Shown here piece after piece: positions 26,001 to 35,999 of a stretch of 64,000 nt of DNA. Each line of letters starts with the position of its first letter. Position 1 is the stretch's first letter. The notes beneath the pieces were generated by a model that was not told where the DNA came from, made no database searches, and was given only the letters and a program-made list of their open reading frames with translations. The translations under genes and the position numbers were made by a program. This DNA is from Lewinellaceae bacterium (GTDB lineage: Bacteria; Bacteroidota; Bacteroidia; Chitinophagales; Saprospiraceae): assembly GCA_020636195.1 (NCBI GenBank), contig JACJYH010000005.1, positions 13,435 to 77,434 on the forward strand. The letters are read 5' to 3'.

Positions 26001-28843
26001 CTGCAGTATTTATTTCACCGGTAAACTGTTGTCCGGTTCAAGTGGAATTGGGTGCAGATATCAATAAATGCGTCGGAGATATGGTTACTTTAGATGCCGG
26101 AAGCTCAGGGACAAATTACATTTGGAAGAGAGATGGGCAATTACTTTCTTCGAATGCGAGAACCATAACTGTATCAACAGATGGTAAGTATTTTGTGGAT
26201 GTGATTCACTCTTCAGGATGCCAAAAATCGGATAGCATCACAGTGACTTTCCACGCTTTGCCTTTGATCAATTTACCTTCAACAACAGCATTCTGTGAAA
26301 ATGAAAGCACGGTTATATTGGCTACTTTGGATAATCCCGGATACACTATAAAATGGTACAAAGACGGTGTGGTCATCTCCGGTCAAACCACAAATTCTTT
26401 GACAGTAGATAAAATAGGAACTTACAAAATTGAGGCGACGAATCAATATGGTTGTTCTGATTTTAAAGAAATTGTGGTTACTCAAATTACTACGCCTACG
26501 GTCGAACTTGGAGATCAAATAAACCAATGTGAAGGAGATCCTCTTACACTTGATGCTGGTGCCAATGGCAACAATTATATATGGCGCAAGGATGGAGTAG
26601 TATTATCAGATCATACACAAACTTTAAATGTTACCGAATCGGGTACTTATTCTGTTTTTGTAGAATTTGGTAATAACTGTGCAGCTGAGGATGATGTTAT
26701 TGTCAGGATTTTTGAAAGTCCTGTTTTACAAGATTTACCTCCGATGGTAGATATTTGTAATGGGGAAAAAGCCACTCTTCAAGCCGTAGGATCAGGTTAT
26801 ACTTCGCTTCAGTGGTATTTCAATGGAAACCCTATCAATAATGCAACGAACTCAAATTTGGAAGTTGGCATCAGTGGTGAGTATTCAGTCACAGTAAAAA
26901 ATGATGGAGGTTGTGCAGTCACAAAATCTTCAGTATTAGATACGCATTCAGCACCTACTGTAGAGCTTGGGCAAGATATAGTGGCATGCATCGGGCCTGA
27001 TGTGACACTTTTTGCAGGTAATGAAGGTACAACTTACTACTGGACAAAAAATGGTCAAAATATCAACCAATCAGGCAATACAATTATGGTTAACACCAAT
27101 GGCCAGTATGCAGTTACTGTTACCAATGACTTTGGTTGTAAATCTACGGATCAAATAATGGTTACTTTTGTAACTGGACCATCATTGGACTTGGGAAGCG
27201 ATATCACTATATGTCAAGGTGAAACAGCCACGATAAAGGCACAAACTAACACTCCTACCGCATCTATAATTTGGAACAAAAACGGACTTGTGATCCCAAA
27301 TCAGAACTCCTTCAATCTCCAAGTTACAGAAGCAGGTGAATATGAAGCGGTAGTTTTCGGTGGCGTACCACCATGTGAGGTTAGAAAAAGTATCGTCGTC
27401 AATGTTAATCCGAAGCCTGGCATTAATCTCGGAGTAGATAAATCTATCTGTGATGGCGATCCTTTCCCAATCTTCGATGCCGGAGCAGGACATACATCTT
27501 ATGCATGGGCTCTCAATGGAGTTCCTGCAGGAAATACACAAACCATCCAAGCTAATCAAAGCGGCATTTACTCTGCTACTGTCACTAATAATTTTAATTG
27601 TAGTAATTCTGATAACGTGAAGTTGACGATAAATCCACTTCCAACTTTGACGCTGCCTTCTACTTTTGATTTGTGTAAGGGTGATACACTTATGGTAACT
27701 CCTACCACCAATGCTGTAAGTTTTACTTGGGCAAAAAATGGAACGGTAATTACTGGTGCCACTCAAGGTTCATTACAATTAACAAGTGCTGGTACATATG
27801 CTGTCACTGTTTCTAGTGCTGCTAAATGTGTTCAAAATACAACTTTTGTAGTGACAGAAAGAAATTTGCCAGTCGTTGATTTGGGTAAAGACACCTTGCT
27901 ATGTCCAGGACAAAGTTTGGTAATAAATGCAGGTCAATTTTCTAAATATCTTTGGTCAGATGGAACAACCGGATCGAGTATAACGGTGAATTCAACCCTG
28001 CAAACTGAAACATCAAAGGTGTATGGGGTACAGGTTTCCAACCAATATAATTGTCAAGCACAGGATAGCATTCAAGTGACTGTGCGTCCTAAAGTAACCG
28101 CTGCAATTAAAGCTGACAATGTTGGTGTTTGTAATGGAGAACCTGTAATATTGGAAGCGTCCGGTGGATTGTTTTATTCTTGGACCGATCCAGATAACAC
28201 CTTGTCATCAACAAATACTGCGACCACAATTGCTATGCCGACGGTCACCACTACATACACTGTCCAAGTCTCTGATGATTGTCCTGGGAATACAGCAAAT
28301 TCAAGTTACAAAGTAAACGTCTTTGAACCTCAAAACATTTCTGCGGGTAAAGATACTTGTTTGATTTTGGGTACTACTATTGAACTGAAAGCCTCAGGTG
28401 GAGTCAGTTACGAATGGGGTCCGATTTCAGGTATAGTGGGTTCATCAAGCAATGCCAATCCTGAGATTTCTATCACAGAACCAACAACCTTTGTAGTCAC
28501 CATTACAGATACGAATGGCTGTATGTTTTCTGATTCAGTATACGTATGTGTTGAAGAAGATCCATTGAAATTTTTTAAAGCGGTGACCATGATTACACCT
28601 AATGGAGATGGTGCAAATGATGTTTTGACATTCAGAGGATTGGAATATTATCCTGATAACACTTTGACTATATTCAATAGATGGGGAAATATCATTTTTG
28701 AAGCTTACGGATATCAAAGTCCGGGTGCGTTGTTGTTTGATGGAACCAAAAACGGGAAGCCGCTTCCGGCAGATACCTACTATTATATATTGCAGTTTGA
28801 TAACAAAGTTTATAAAAACCCTTTGACGATACTTAGGGATTAA
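23072..28843 (+). CDS. giant secreted protein with a metzincin (reprolysin-like) protease domain, about 10 Ig-like repeats and a T9SS type B (CHU_C/gliding-motility) C-terminal domain
   Basis: [11 protein letters not shown] zinc site. Repeated roughly 80-aa C..D...LDAG.....Y.W..NG modules between about 26040 and 28540. C-terminal [14 protein letters not shown]...[11 protein letters not shown]...ADTYYYIL. Confidence 0.9.
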   Translation: MRQIQVFIILSLFSSIMFGQVRQETVSIPFSDYIKNPDTHVRNEFILPLTLSGTEYTFKATPNDVMEEDLKREYPSLRTYDLTSDENKETYGALTVTDYGIYVTLHHFLGTSIFIRPSDYSGSQKHTVEYGISKEKARCGHIEHQEDEKVDLSYLIDDRKGLRNTFELGTTRYRYDVAIICTGEYYINNGNTNSSVTSSITQTVNNISAIYKKDLSITLSTSSSRIKLYSDPNTDPFIPDNLGGDVRTIQAGREIKASFADNVYDIGHVFHQHADGDGWGNGGLAQLECVCDNSVSSGVISKGSGWSGAYTNSDLGWVLLAAHEFGHQFGAKHTFNGLGNSCTSAISLTTAYEIGSGTTIMSYEGLCNDDNNVTPNGLNNDYFHIISIQQMMNYIVNDIGNTCATKSASNNAIPEVTASPCSAKYQIPKNTPFYFKGSASDADNDPMTYNWEEIDEDGPNKPTQGYVGTQAAGSAIAPLFRSYQPNASTERYFPSLEVLKNGGSDFEVLPTVPRTLNFAFVARDNNSLGSALASDNVSIQVVNSGPFEITKPNGGETLTAGKAETITWNTNNSNNLCDNVRIKLSVDDGLTFDVVLAENIPYSAGTATVTLPPNFFKTSSARVMIECMDYDCFKIFTTSTNNFNVSSTCDPQNSVLCSTAKVTMFEGDPGTITGLTKTIANDKIERTITSGSSLGRVVVLAETGSGCKDFSNYYTVPVTIYATETGKYQINATGSGFLSLFRAGYKPADGCSKFLNSTRRALDEMHMTGENQTFEVNLSACTDYVVVFYSFYTLPAEVQMKVIGGPGLIVEKSTLQGNGYVNKFIVVNQATGLIYSIMDNPDVSGIPVGNYTIYSIVMSDMDTTPFIGTSFANFVAQECVNVSYNSKELEVLPNCTISGISAGAQTPCIPGNNTFTQTLTITYDKAPTTGKLSVNGQLFDITGSPQTVILNNLDSDGSTQDVSVFFTDQPTCKLDRSAVFISPVNCCPVQVELGADINKCVGDMVTLDAGSSGTNYIWKRDGQLLSSNARTITVSTDGKYFVDVIHSSGCQKSDSITVTFHALPLINLPSTTAFCENESTVILATLDNPGYTIKWYKDGVVISGQTTNSLTVDKIGTYKIEATNQYGCSDFKEIVVTQITTPTVELGDQINQCEGDPLTLDAGANGNNYIWRKDGVVLSDHTQTLNVTESGTYSVFVEFGNNCAAEDDVIVRIFESPVLQDLPPMVDICNGEKATLQAVGSGYTSLQWYFNGNPINNATNSNLEVGISGEYSVTVKNDGGCAVTKSSVLDTHSAPTVELGQDIVACIGPDVTLFAGNEGTTYYWTKNGQNINQSGNTIMVNTNGQYAVTVTNDFGCKSTDQIMVTFVTGPSLDLGSDITICQGETATIKAQTNTPTASIIWNKNGLVIPNQNSFNLQVTEAGEYEAVVFGGVPPCEVRKSIVVNVNPKPGINLGVDKSICDGDPFPIFDAGAGHTSYAWALNGVPAGNTQTIQANQSGIYSATVTNNFNCSNSDNVKLTINPLPTLTLPSTFDLCKGDTLMVTPTTNAVSFTWAKNGTVITGATQGSLQLTSAGTYAVTVSSAAKCVQNTTFVVTERNLPVVDLGKDTLLCPGQSLVINAGQFSKYLWSDGTTGSSITVNSTLQTETSKVYGVQVSNQYNCQAQDSIQVTVRPKVTAAIKADNVGVCNGEPVILEASGGLFYSWTDPDNTLSSTNTATTIAMPTVTTTYTVQVSDDCPGNTANSSYKVNVFEPQNISAGKDTCLILGTTIELKASGGVSYEWGPISGIVGSSSNANPEISITEPTTFVVTITDTNGCMFSDSVYVCVEEDPLKFFKAVTMITPNGDGANDVLTFRGLEYYPDNTLTIFNRWGNIIFEAYGYQSPGALLFDGTKNGKPLPADTYYYILQFDNKVYKNPLTILRD

Positions 28844-28869
28844 TTCATTTGAAAAGACATATTCATATT

Positions 28870-29790
28870 ATGACAAAATATTTATTGATCGTTATTTTCT
28901 CCTTGGGTTGGTGGGTATCATATAGCCAACAGCTACCAAACAGCAGCTGTATCACAGAAACCAGAACTGTATGGAATCCTGCATTCACTGCAGTCCATAA
29001 TGACATGATTGTGGATGGATTTTTCAGGATGCAATGGATAGGTTTTACAGGAGCTCCGCTTTTAGGATTTACAAATTTACAATACCCATTTGTAAAACAA
29101 AATATGAGTGCAGGCGCGGGCTTTGTTTTTGATAAAACAGGACCTGTTTCTAAAATAGGCCTTCAGCTCAATTACGCCTATAAACTGAAGGAGTTTTTGT
29201 CGCGAAATGGGCAATTATCACTAGGCGTAGGTGCCAGTTTTTCACAATATTCACTCAATACATCAGGGGTAACAGTCAATGAAGTTCTTGACCCTTTTTA
29301 CAATAATATTAAAGGCACGTCATTTTTTCCATCTATCAGTGGTGGTTTTTACTATACTTCTAATGTAAGACAATGGAAAGGAAATGGCTTCTTTGTTGGC
29401 GCTTCATTGAAACAAATTTGGACTACGGATGTCCTTATCAATGATTTTGATCAGGTCAGACAAAGACACGTTCATTTTAATATCGGAGGTCGAATTGTTT
29501 CATATAATTCTGCTTTTGAACCAATGATCATGGTTAATTACGTCAATCCTGATATCATAGATGTCCTATATAATTTGAAATATGAATTGGAGGACACATT
29601 TTGGGCAGGTTTAGGATATGGCGGTTCAAAGATGGTTTCCATTCAAGGAGGAGTAATATTACCTGATGTAGGAGGAAATCACTCACAGTTGAAAATAGGG
29701 GCTCTCGGAAATTACCACTTTGGGTCAACAGTAGCAAAAGCTGGTCCAAGTGTTGAGATGTATATTGGCTATTATCTGACCAAAAAGTAA
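28870..29790 (+). CDS. PorP/SprF family T9SS membrane protein
   Basis: Signal peptide, then QQLPNSS...VWNPAFT as at PorP/SprF N-termini, and beta-barrel-like composition. It lies directly downstream of a type B CTD cargo gene. Confidence 0.8.
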   Translation: MTKYLLIVIFSLGWWVSYSQQLPNSSCITETRTVWNPAFTAVHNDMIVDGFFRMQWIGFTGAPLLGFTNLQYPFVKQNMSAGAGFVFDKTGPVSKIGLQLNYAYKLKEFLSRNGQLSLGVGASFSQYSLNTSGVTVNEVLDPFYNNIKGTSFFPSISGGFYYTSNVRQWKGNGFFVGASLKQIWTTDVLINDFDQVRQRHVHFNIGGRIVSYNSAFEPMIMVNYVNPDIIDVLYNLKYELEDTFWAGLGYGGSKMVSIQGGVILPDVGGNHSQLKIGALGNYHFGSTVAKAGPSVEMYIGYYLTKK

Positions 29791-29858
29791 TGATCAATAA
29801 AAAATTTTGAACTTATTAAGACCTGAACAGGTTATTACTCCTAATAAAATTTAAAATT

Positions 29859-30326
29859 ATGGCATTGAAAGTAGGTGATATGGCTCCTGGATTTACTTTG
29901 AAATCTTCAGAAAAGCAAGATGTATCACTATCTGATTATTTGGGTAAGAATGTTGTGATATTATTTTTTCCTATGGCATTCACGTCGGTGTGCACCGCTG
30001 AATTATGTGAAATTAGGGATAAAAAAGAATTGTATGATGGCTTGAAAGCTGATGTTTTAGCAATCTCTGTGGACTCACCATTTACATTGGCAAAATTTAA
30101 AGAAGACCAAGGTTATAACTTTCCACTTTTATCAGATTTCAACAAAGAGGTCAGTCAGAAGTATGGAGCATATTACGAAGAATTTGTATTAGGGTTAAAA
30201 GGCGTTTCAAAAAGATCGGCTTTTGTAGTAGATAAAGATGGTGTGATTAAGTATGCAGAGGTATTGGATAAAGCTTCTGACTTACCGAATTTTGATCTTA
30301 TTAATTCAATTTTGGAAACCATGTAA
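29859..30326 (+). CDS. peroxiredoxin (AhpC/TSA family)
   Basis: FFPMAFTSVCTAELC active-site motif. Confidence 0.9.
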   Translation: MALKVGDMAPGFTLKSSEKQDVSLSDYLGKNVVILFFPMAFTSVCTAELCEIRDKKELYDGLKADVLAISVDSPFTLAKFKEDQGYNFPLLSDFNKEVSQKYGAYYEEFVLGLKGVSKRSAFVVDKDGVIKYAEVLDKASDLPNFDLINSILETM

Positions 30327-30331
30327 ATCAT

Positions 30332-30658
30332 ATGAAAATTCACTTTTCCTTACTTGGTGATACCAGCTTTGATGAGCAAGAAGATGTTTTAGTTGAAGAA
30401 ATAAACTCAACAGGAACGATTTCGCAGCTTATCGTTTACAATGATGATTTCAATACTTTTGATTGGGTGATAAAGTGTTTTATAGAAGTATTGCATCATT
30501 CCCAAGAGCAATCCGAACAACTTTCATTGTTAGTGCACTTTAAGGGAAAGGCTACCGTCAAAACCGGTCCTTTAGACATGTTACAACCACTCAAAGATGC
30601 TTTGATAGATCGTGGATTGAGTGCAGTCATCGAAAGTGTTGCTGACAAAAAGGGATAA
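30332..30658 (+). CDS. clpS: ATP-dependent Clp protease adaptor ClpS
   Basis: LIVYNDDFNTFDWVIKCFIEVLHHSQEQSEQLSLLVHFKGKA matches the ClpS core. Confidence 0.85.
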   Translation: MKIHFSLLGDTSFDEQEDVLVEEINSTGTISQLIVYNDDFNTFDWVIKCFIEVLHHSQEQSEQLSLLVHFKGKATVKTGPLDMLQPLKDALIDRGLSAVIESVADKKG

Positions 30659-30720
30659 CCATATGGACATTTCCATAGGTAGTAAATGGATGCTGATCGG
30701 TGGTTTGCCATCATAGTACC

Positions 30721-31389
30721 ATGTATTTTCTCTCCGAACAACTTTGCTTTCCACACCCATTGACAGTCAATACCAACGGTATTTTGGCTATCGGAGGTGA
30801 TTTATCATCCGAGCGTTTGCTTCTCGCATATAATTATGGTATTTTTCCGTGGTACAATCCGAATGAACCCATCATTTGGTGGTGTCCGTCACCGAGGTTT
30901 GTCATCATTCCACACAAGATCAAGGTGGCAAAATCCATGAATGCCTACTTTAACCAAAATAAATTCAAGGTTACCTACAATACTCAATTTCACACAGTTA
31001 TCCGACATTGTAAAGATATATATCGACCTGGTCAAAATGGCACTTGGATATCAGATGAAATGGAAACTGCCTATATAAAACTCTATGAAATGGGATATGT
31101 TAGATCTGTGGAAGTATGGGAAAATGATGTATTGGTTGGTGGCTTATACGGCGTAGAAATCGGGAGAATGTTTTTTGGAGAATCTATGTTTTCACTGAGA
31201 CCAAATGCATCGAAGTTTGGCTTTATATCATTGGCACGACAACTCGAAAAAGAAGGTTTTAAATGTATCGATTGCCAACAGCCAAATCCTTATTTAGAGA
31301 GCTTAGGCGGCGAATTTATTCATGGTAAGATTTTTCACAACCTTTTGAAAGAAAATAGAATTCTTTACGGAATAAACGAATATTTTTGA
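30721..31389 (+). CDS. aat: leucyl/phenylalanyl-tRNA--protein transferase
   Basis: LLLAYNYGIFPWY....PI.WWCPSPR ... GGLYGV..G..FFGESMF matches Aat. Start at ATG 30721. Confidence 0.9.
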   Translation: MYFLSEQLCFPHPLTVNTNGILAIGGDLSSERLLLAYNYGIFPWYNPNEPIIWWCPSPRFVIIPHKIKVAKSMNAYFNQNKFKVTYNTQFHTVIRHCKDIYRPGQNGTWISDEMETAYIKLYEMGYVRSVEVWENDVLVGGLYGVEIGRMFFGESMFSLRPNASKFGFISLARQLEKEGFKCIDCQQPNPYLESLGGEFIHGKIFHNLLKENRILYGINEYF

Positions 31390-31399
31390 ATGGTGGTTT

Positions 31400-33319
31400 T
31401 TATTTTTTAAAAGGTTTTTTTGGCTTTCTACTTTGGTGTTTTTTAGAGGGATTATTTTGAGAATTCTCTGCCTTTGGTATTGCTGATCCTGAGTTTAATA
31501 AGCGCTTTGCCAAATCCAACCTATCCAATTTCATCAATCTGTCCTTTATCCATCGCTTCATCTCAGGTTTATACCAGAAAAAATAATTGTTTTGAATTTT
31601 CTTTTCTTGTGCAGTCTTCGGAGTGGTTATAGGCTGTAATGTATATGGATGTACTCCGGAATAATAAATGACGGTTGCAACAGTCATAGGTGTTGGGGTG
31701 AAATCTTGAACTTGTTCTAATTTAAATCCAAGGTCTTTGGTTTCAGCTGCAAGTATGGCCATGTCTTCTTCAGTTGTACCGGGATGTGAACTGATAAAAT
31801 ATGGTATCAAAGGTTGTTTTAAACCATGTTTGGATTGTATGGCATCATACTTTTCTTTAAATTTTTTAAAGTACTTGAATGATGGTTTTCTCATTACCTT
31901 AAGCGTGGTATCCGCCGTATGTTCAGGTGCCACTTTGAGCCTTCCACAGACGTGTTTGGTAACCAATTGCTCCAAATATTCATCATGATTTTTATCATGG
32001 TTGTTTTTATTGAAATCATCGACCAATAAATCATATCTAATCCCTGATCCAACATACGCTTTTTTTACAGATGGAAGGGCATCCACTTTTTTATAGATCT
32101 CTGTCAAAGGTTTATGAGATGTATCTAAATTGGAGCAAATCACAGGGTGAATGCAGCTTGGTGCTTGACATTTGGCGCAAATGGATAAATCCTTACCTTG
32201 CATTTTATACATGTTGGCAGATGGGCCACCTAAATCGGAAATATAACCCTTAAATTCAGGATGTTCTGCGAGTTGTTGTACCTCTTTTAATATTGATTCT
32301 TCTGATCGGGAAGCGATGAATTTGCCTTGATGTGCTGATATGGTGCAAAAGCTACATCCACCGAAACAACCACGGTGCATATTGATGGAAAATTTGATCA
32401 TTTCGTATGCCGGAATTGCACCTCTTTTTACATATTTTGGATGTGGAAGCTTGGTATAAGGTAGATCAAATGATAAGTCCATTTCTTTTTCTGTCATAGT
32501 GACAAAGGGAGGATTTATTACCAAAAATCGATCACGAACTTCTTGAATTATTCTATTAGCCTTCCATTTATTGGATTCTACTTCGACAATTTTGAAATTG
32601 GACGCATATTTCACCTTATCTAAGAGGCAGTTTTCATGACTGTGGAGATGCACATCCTCCCATTTTTTCATCTTTGGAAGCTGATCAGCGATATAAGCTA
32701 TTTGGTTGATGTCCTTCATTGAGGTGATTGGCACCCCTTTTTTTACCAAATTTAAAATTTCCCTTAACGGTTGCTCTCCCATGCCATACACCAAAATATC
32801 AGCTTTTGAATCCACCAATATCGACGGCATGAGTGAATCAGACCAATAATCATAATGGCTCACCCGACGAAGAGAAGCTTCTATACCTCCTATCATGATT
32901 GGGACTTCCGGGTATAAGTCTTTTAAAATATTGCAGTACACTATGGTAGCGTAATCCGGTCGAAAACCACTGGCACCTCCAGGTGTGTAACCATCCGTAG
33001 ATCGCCGTCTTTTCCCGGCTGTATAGTGATTGACCATGGAATCCATACACCCTGCTGTCACGCCAAAAAAATATTTTGGTGCACCAAATTTTTTAAAGTC
33101 CCTCAGATCATCTTTCCAATTGGGTTGTGGTATAATCCCAACTCTAAAACCTTCATTCTCAATGATTCGGCCTATGACAGCTGTGCCAAATGTAGGATGA
33201 TCCACATAAGCATCTCCACTGATGATAATGACATCTAACTGTTCCCAGCCTCGGGATTCTACCTCTTTTTTTGTGATGGGTAGCCAATCATGCAAAGGTC
33301 TAGACGATTCTTGCTTCAT
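31400..33319 (-). CDS. YgiQ family radical SAM protein
   Basis: The N-terminus DVIIISGDAYVDHPTFG is typical of UPF0313. CFGGCSFC is a CxxxCxxC cluster. Confidence 0.9.
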   Translation of the reverse strand: MKQESSRPLHDWLPITKKEVESRGWEQLDVIIISGDAYVDHPTFGTAVIGRIIENEGFRVGIIPQPNWKDDLRDFKKFGAPKYFFGVTAGCMDSMVNHYTAGKRRRSTDGYTPGGASGFRPDYATIVYCNILKDLYPEVPIMIGGIEASLRRVSHYDYWSDSLMPSILVDSKADILVYGMGEQPLREILNLVKKGVPITSMKDINQIAYIADQLPKMKKWEDVHLHSHENCLLDKVKYASNFKIVEVESNKWKANRIIQEVRDRFLVINPPFVTMTEKEMDLSFDLPYTKLPHPKYVKRGAIPAYEMIKFSINMHRGCFGGCSFCTISAHQGKFIASRSEESILKEVQQLAEHPEFKGYISDLGGPSANMYKMQGKDLSICAKCQAPSCIHPVICSNLDTSHKPLTEIYKKVDALPSVKKAYVGSGIRYDLLVDDFNKNNHDKNHDEYLEQLVTKHVCGRLKVAPEHTADTTLKVMRKPSFKYFKKFKEKYDAIQSKHGLKQPLIPYFISSHPGTTEEDMAILAAETKDLGFKLEQVQDFTPTPMTVATVIYYSGVHPYTLQPITTPKTAQEKKIQNNYFFWYKPEMKRWIKDRLMKLDRLDLAKRLLNSGSAIPKAENSQNNPSKKHQSRKPKKPFKK

Positions 33320-33409
33320 GTAACAAAGGTAGGGGAAAAGTATTGAAAATGGATTATTTTGAGGTGAATCTCACTTTTGTATTATTATCTTTAGATGATA
33401 GTTTCAGTC

Positions 33410-35701
33410 TCATTCCAGAATCTGGAGTTTTGAAAAATCTAGCATGATTCTTTTTTCTTTATTGGTAGGCTGTTCATCAAAGAAGATAGAAGCAACCCGC
33501 CGCTCATCAATAGATTGCACGGTACCTTCTCCAAATTTCAAATGATAAATTTTCATTCCCACTTGTATCATTTTAGGATCGGCAGGAGTAAACGATTCGG
33601 GACTTATTCGTGGAATTAATGGTGTAGAATTGATAGGATTGAACTTACCCACAAGTTTTTTGGGTTCCGGAAATCCCGTTTTTGTAATGGATATAATACT
33701 ATCCAAATTTGCTCCTGAAATCTCTTCGATAAATCTGGAGGGATCATTGAATCTCATGGTACCATATTGGTATCGGCTATTTGCGTAGGTAAGACAAAGG
33801 TGCTCTTCAGCACGTGTAATGGCTACATAGAATAACCTTCTTTCCTCATCGACATTGAATGCTTCAACCAATGCTTGATAACTTGGAAAAACGTTCTCTT
33901 CCAGTCCCGATACAAATACAGATTTGAATTCCAAACCTTTTGCAGCGTGGACAGACATCAATGTTACCGTATCTTGATTAACTTCCGTTTGATCGGCGTC
34001 AGTCATTAGTGTAATGGTCTGCAAATACGTGGATAAACTTTTAGGTGCAGGAAGTTCAGAGTCAGCTACCAACTCATCGTCATCTGTAAACTCTTTGATA
34101 CCATCTAACAAAGATGTAATATTTTCTAGCCTGCCTTGACCCTCAATACTCTTATCCGATTTTAAATCATCGATAATTCCACTTTGCCTCACGATAAAAT
34201 TGGCAGCTTCGTATGCATTTGATTTAGCTGTTTTGACTTTAAATGCTTTTATAAGTTCTACAAAACTTCCAATGCTTTTGCGTGCCCTTGGATTGAAATC
34301 TACTTGTGACAGCACTTCCCACATACTGATGTCGTTGTCGTCAGCTATCTTCGCAATTTCTTCTACAGTACTTTGCCCAATACCTCTCCTTGGATAATTG
34401 ATGATGCGTTTCAAAGCTTCATCATCTTTGTCATTTACTGTCAGTCTAAGATAAGCGATAACATCTTTGATCTCTTTTCGATTGTAAAAAGATAAGCCTC
34501 CATACACCCTATAAGGGATATTTAGCCTTCTCAATTGTTCTTCAAAAATACGGGATTGGCCGTTTGTACGATATAAAATGGCAATCTCTTTATTATGGAG
34601 GTTATACCTATTTTTTTGCTCCACGATCATATCCGCTATCCGCTTTCCTTCTTCAGTTTCTGATACACATTTGATAATCTTAATTTTATTACCTTCGATT
34701 TTATCGGTCCAAATTTTCTTTGGGATTTGCTTGGAGTTATTCCTTATGACTTCATTGGCAGCTTCCACAATAAACTGTGTTGATCTATAATTTTGCTCTA
34801 ACTTAAATGTCTGTAATTCAGGGTAATCGTTTTCAAATTGAAGGATGTTTTCTATTGTTGCACCTCTAAAAGAATAAATGCTTTGAGCGTCATCACCGAC
34901 TATACAAATGTGGTTTGAGCTTCCCGGATATAAAGTCAAAAGTTTGATGATTTCATATTGCAAATAGTTGGTATCTTGAAACTCATCTACCAATACGTAT
35001 TGAAACTGCTTTCTGTATTTGGTTCTTACATCGTCAGGATTTTGAAATAACAACCTATACATCTGAAGTAATAAATCATCAAAATCCATGGCACCGGATT
35101 TGAAACACTTTGCACTATATTTTTCATAAATTGCATGTATCAAAGGTCTTCGTGCCATCCTGTCATACGCCATGAGTTCATCATTTTGAACATACATTTT
35201 AGGCGTAATCAGATTTGATTTTGCTGATGAAATACGGGATCTGACTAATCCGGGAGCATAGGATTTTTTGTCTAAGTTGAGCTGGGTGATGACTTCAGAA
35301 ATCACACTTTTCGTATCATCAGCATCATATATTGTAAAATCATTTGGATATCCCAATTTGTGGGCCTCGACTCTCAAAATTCGAGCAAAAAGAGAGTGGA
35401 AAGTTCCTGCCCATACTCTTTGAGCCTTCGGACCTACTACTGTTTCAATTCTATCTTTCATTTCTCTTGCCGCCTTGTTTGTAAAGGTCAGGGCAAGAAT
35501 ATTTCCCGGATTGACACCGGAATTGATCAGATGGGCTATACGATAGGTTAAAACTCTGGTCTTTCCTGATCCCGGGCCGGCAACGACCATAACAGGTCCA
35601 TCTAAGGTCGTGGCTGCTTGGCGCTGCACGTCATTCAACTCGTTCAAATATGAAAATCCAACTGCATTCATCTTCAGGCAAAGGTCATATTTTTCTTTCA
35701 T
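33410..35701 (-). CDS. UvrD/PcrA/Rep family ATP-dependent DNA helicase
   Basis: Walker A AGPGSGKTRVL, motif II VDEFQDTN, and further SF1 motifs. An alternative start is at 35671. Confidence 0.9.
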   Translation of the reverse strand: MKEKYDLCLKMNAVGFSYLNELNDVQRQAATTLDGPVMVVAGPGSGKTRVLTYRIAHLINSGVNPGNILALTFTNKAAREMKDRIETVVGPKAQRVWAGTFHSLFARILRVEAHKLGYPNDFTIYDADDTKSVISEVITQLNLDKKSYAPGLVRSRISSAKSNLITPKMYVQNDELMAYDRMARRPLIHAIYEKYSAKCFKSGAMDFDDLLLQMYRLLFQNPDDVRTKYRKQFQYVLVDEFQDTNYLQYEIIKLLTLYPGSSNHICIVGDDAQSIYSFRGATIENILQFENDYPELQTFKLEQNYRSTQFIVEAANEVIRNNSKQIPKKIWTDKIEGNKIKIIKCVSETEEGKRIADMIVEQKNRYNLHNKEIAILYRTNGQSRIFEEQLRRLNIPYRVYGGLSFYNRKEIKDVIAYLRLTVNDKDDEALKRIINYPRRGIGQSTVEEIAKIADDNDISMWEVLSQVDFNPRARKSIGSFVELIKAFKVKTAKSNAYEAANFIVRQSGIIDDLKSDKSIEGQGRLENITSLLDGIKEFTDDDELVADSELPAPKSLSTYLQTITLMTDADQTEVNQDTVTLMSVHAAKGLEFKSVFVSGLEENVFPSYQALVEAFNVDEERRLFYVAITRAEEHLCLTYANSRYQYGTMRFNDPSRFIEEISGANLDSIISITKTGFPEPKKLVGKFNPINSTPLIPRISPESFTPADPKMIQVGMKIYHLKFGEGTVQSIDERRVASIFFDEQPTNKEKRIMLDFSKLQILE

Positions 35702-35743
35702 ATTACCAAAATTCCTACTATTTGATGGTTTTGGAAATAGATG

Positions 35744-35909
35744 TTAGAGTATGATTAAATTCTGTTTTTGGACAATAAAATGGAATTATTTTGAGCGAAA
35801 AAAGGCAAATTTTGTAGTCGAATGTGGGCAATTCGACCAAAAATTTAACGAATTTGTAGCCAAAATACAACATTTTCTTGCTAAAGGATAAATTTTAAAC
35901 ATACTCTTA
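35744..35909. repeat. palindromic intergenic repeat, long copy (166 bp)
   Basis: It has the same left block (about 35 of 38 identical) and right block as 14693-14775. It carries an extra internal segment of about 85 bp containing the hairpin GTCGAAT-gtgggca-ATTCGAC (35817-35837). Confidence 0.8.
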
Positions 35910-35968
35910 CAATAAAATCTGTTTTAACTTTCTTGTACTTGGCTTGCGTGTGGGTATTAATTTTCTGT

Positions 35969-35976
35969 TATCTTTG
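35969..35976 (+). promoter_or_regulatory. Bacteroidota-type -7 promoter box
   Basis: TATCTTTG is an exact TAnnTTTG. It lies 24 nt upstream of the fadH TTG start. Confidence 0.4.
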
Positions 35977-35999
35977 GAGTTCATTTTAAAGCATTACTA

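Noticed and set aside
27182-27766. 194-aa minus-strand ORF, plus other antisense ORFs inside the 1923-aa gene
   Set aside because: They are antisense to a gene with clear domain repeats and a T9SS CTD. Such open antisense frames are common in repeat-rich coding DNA.
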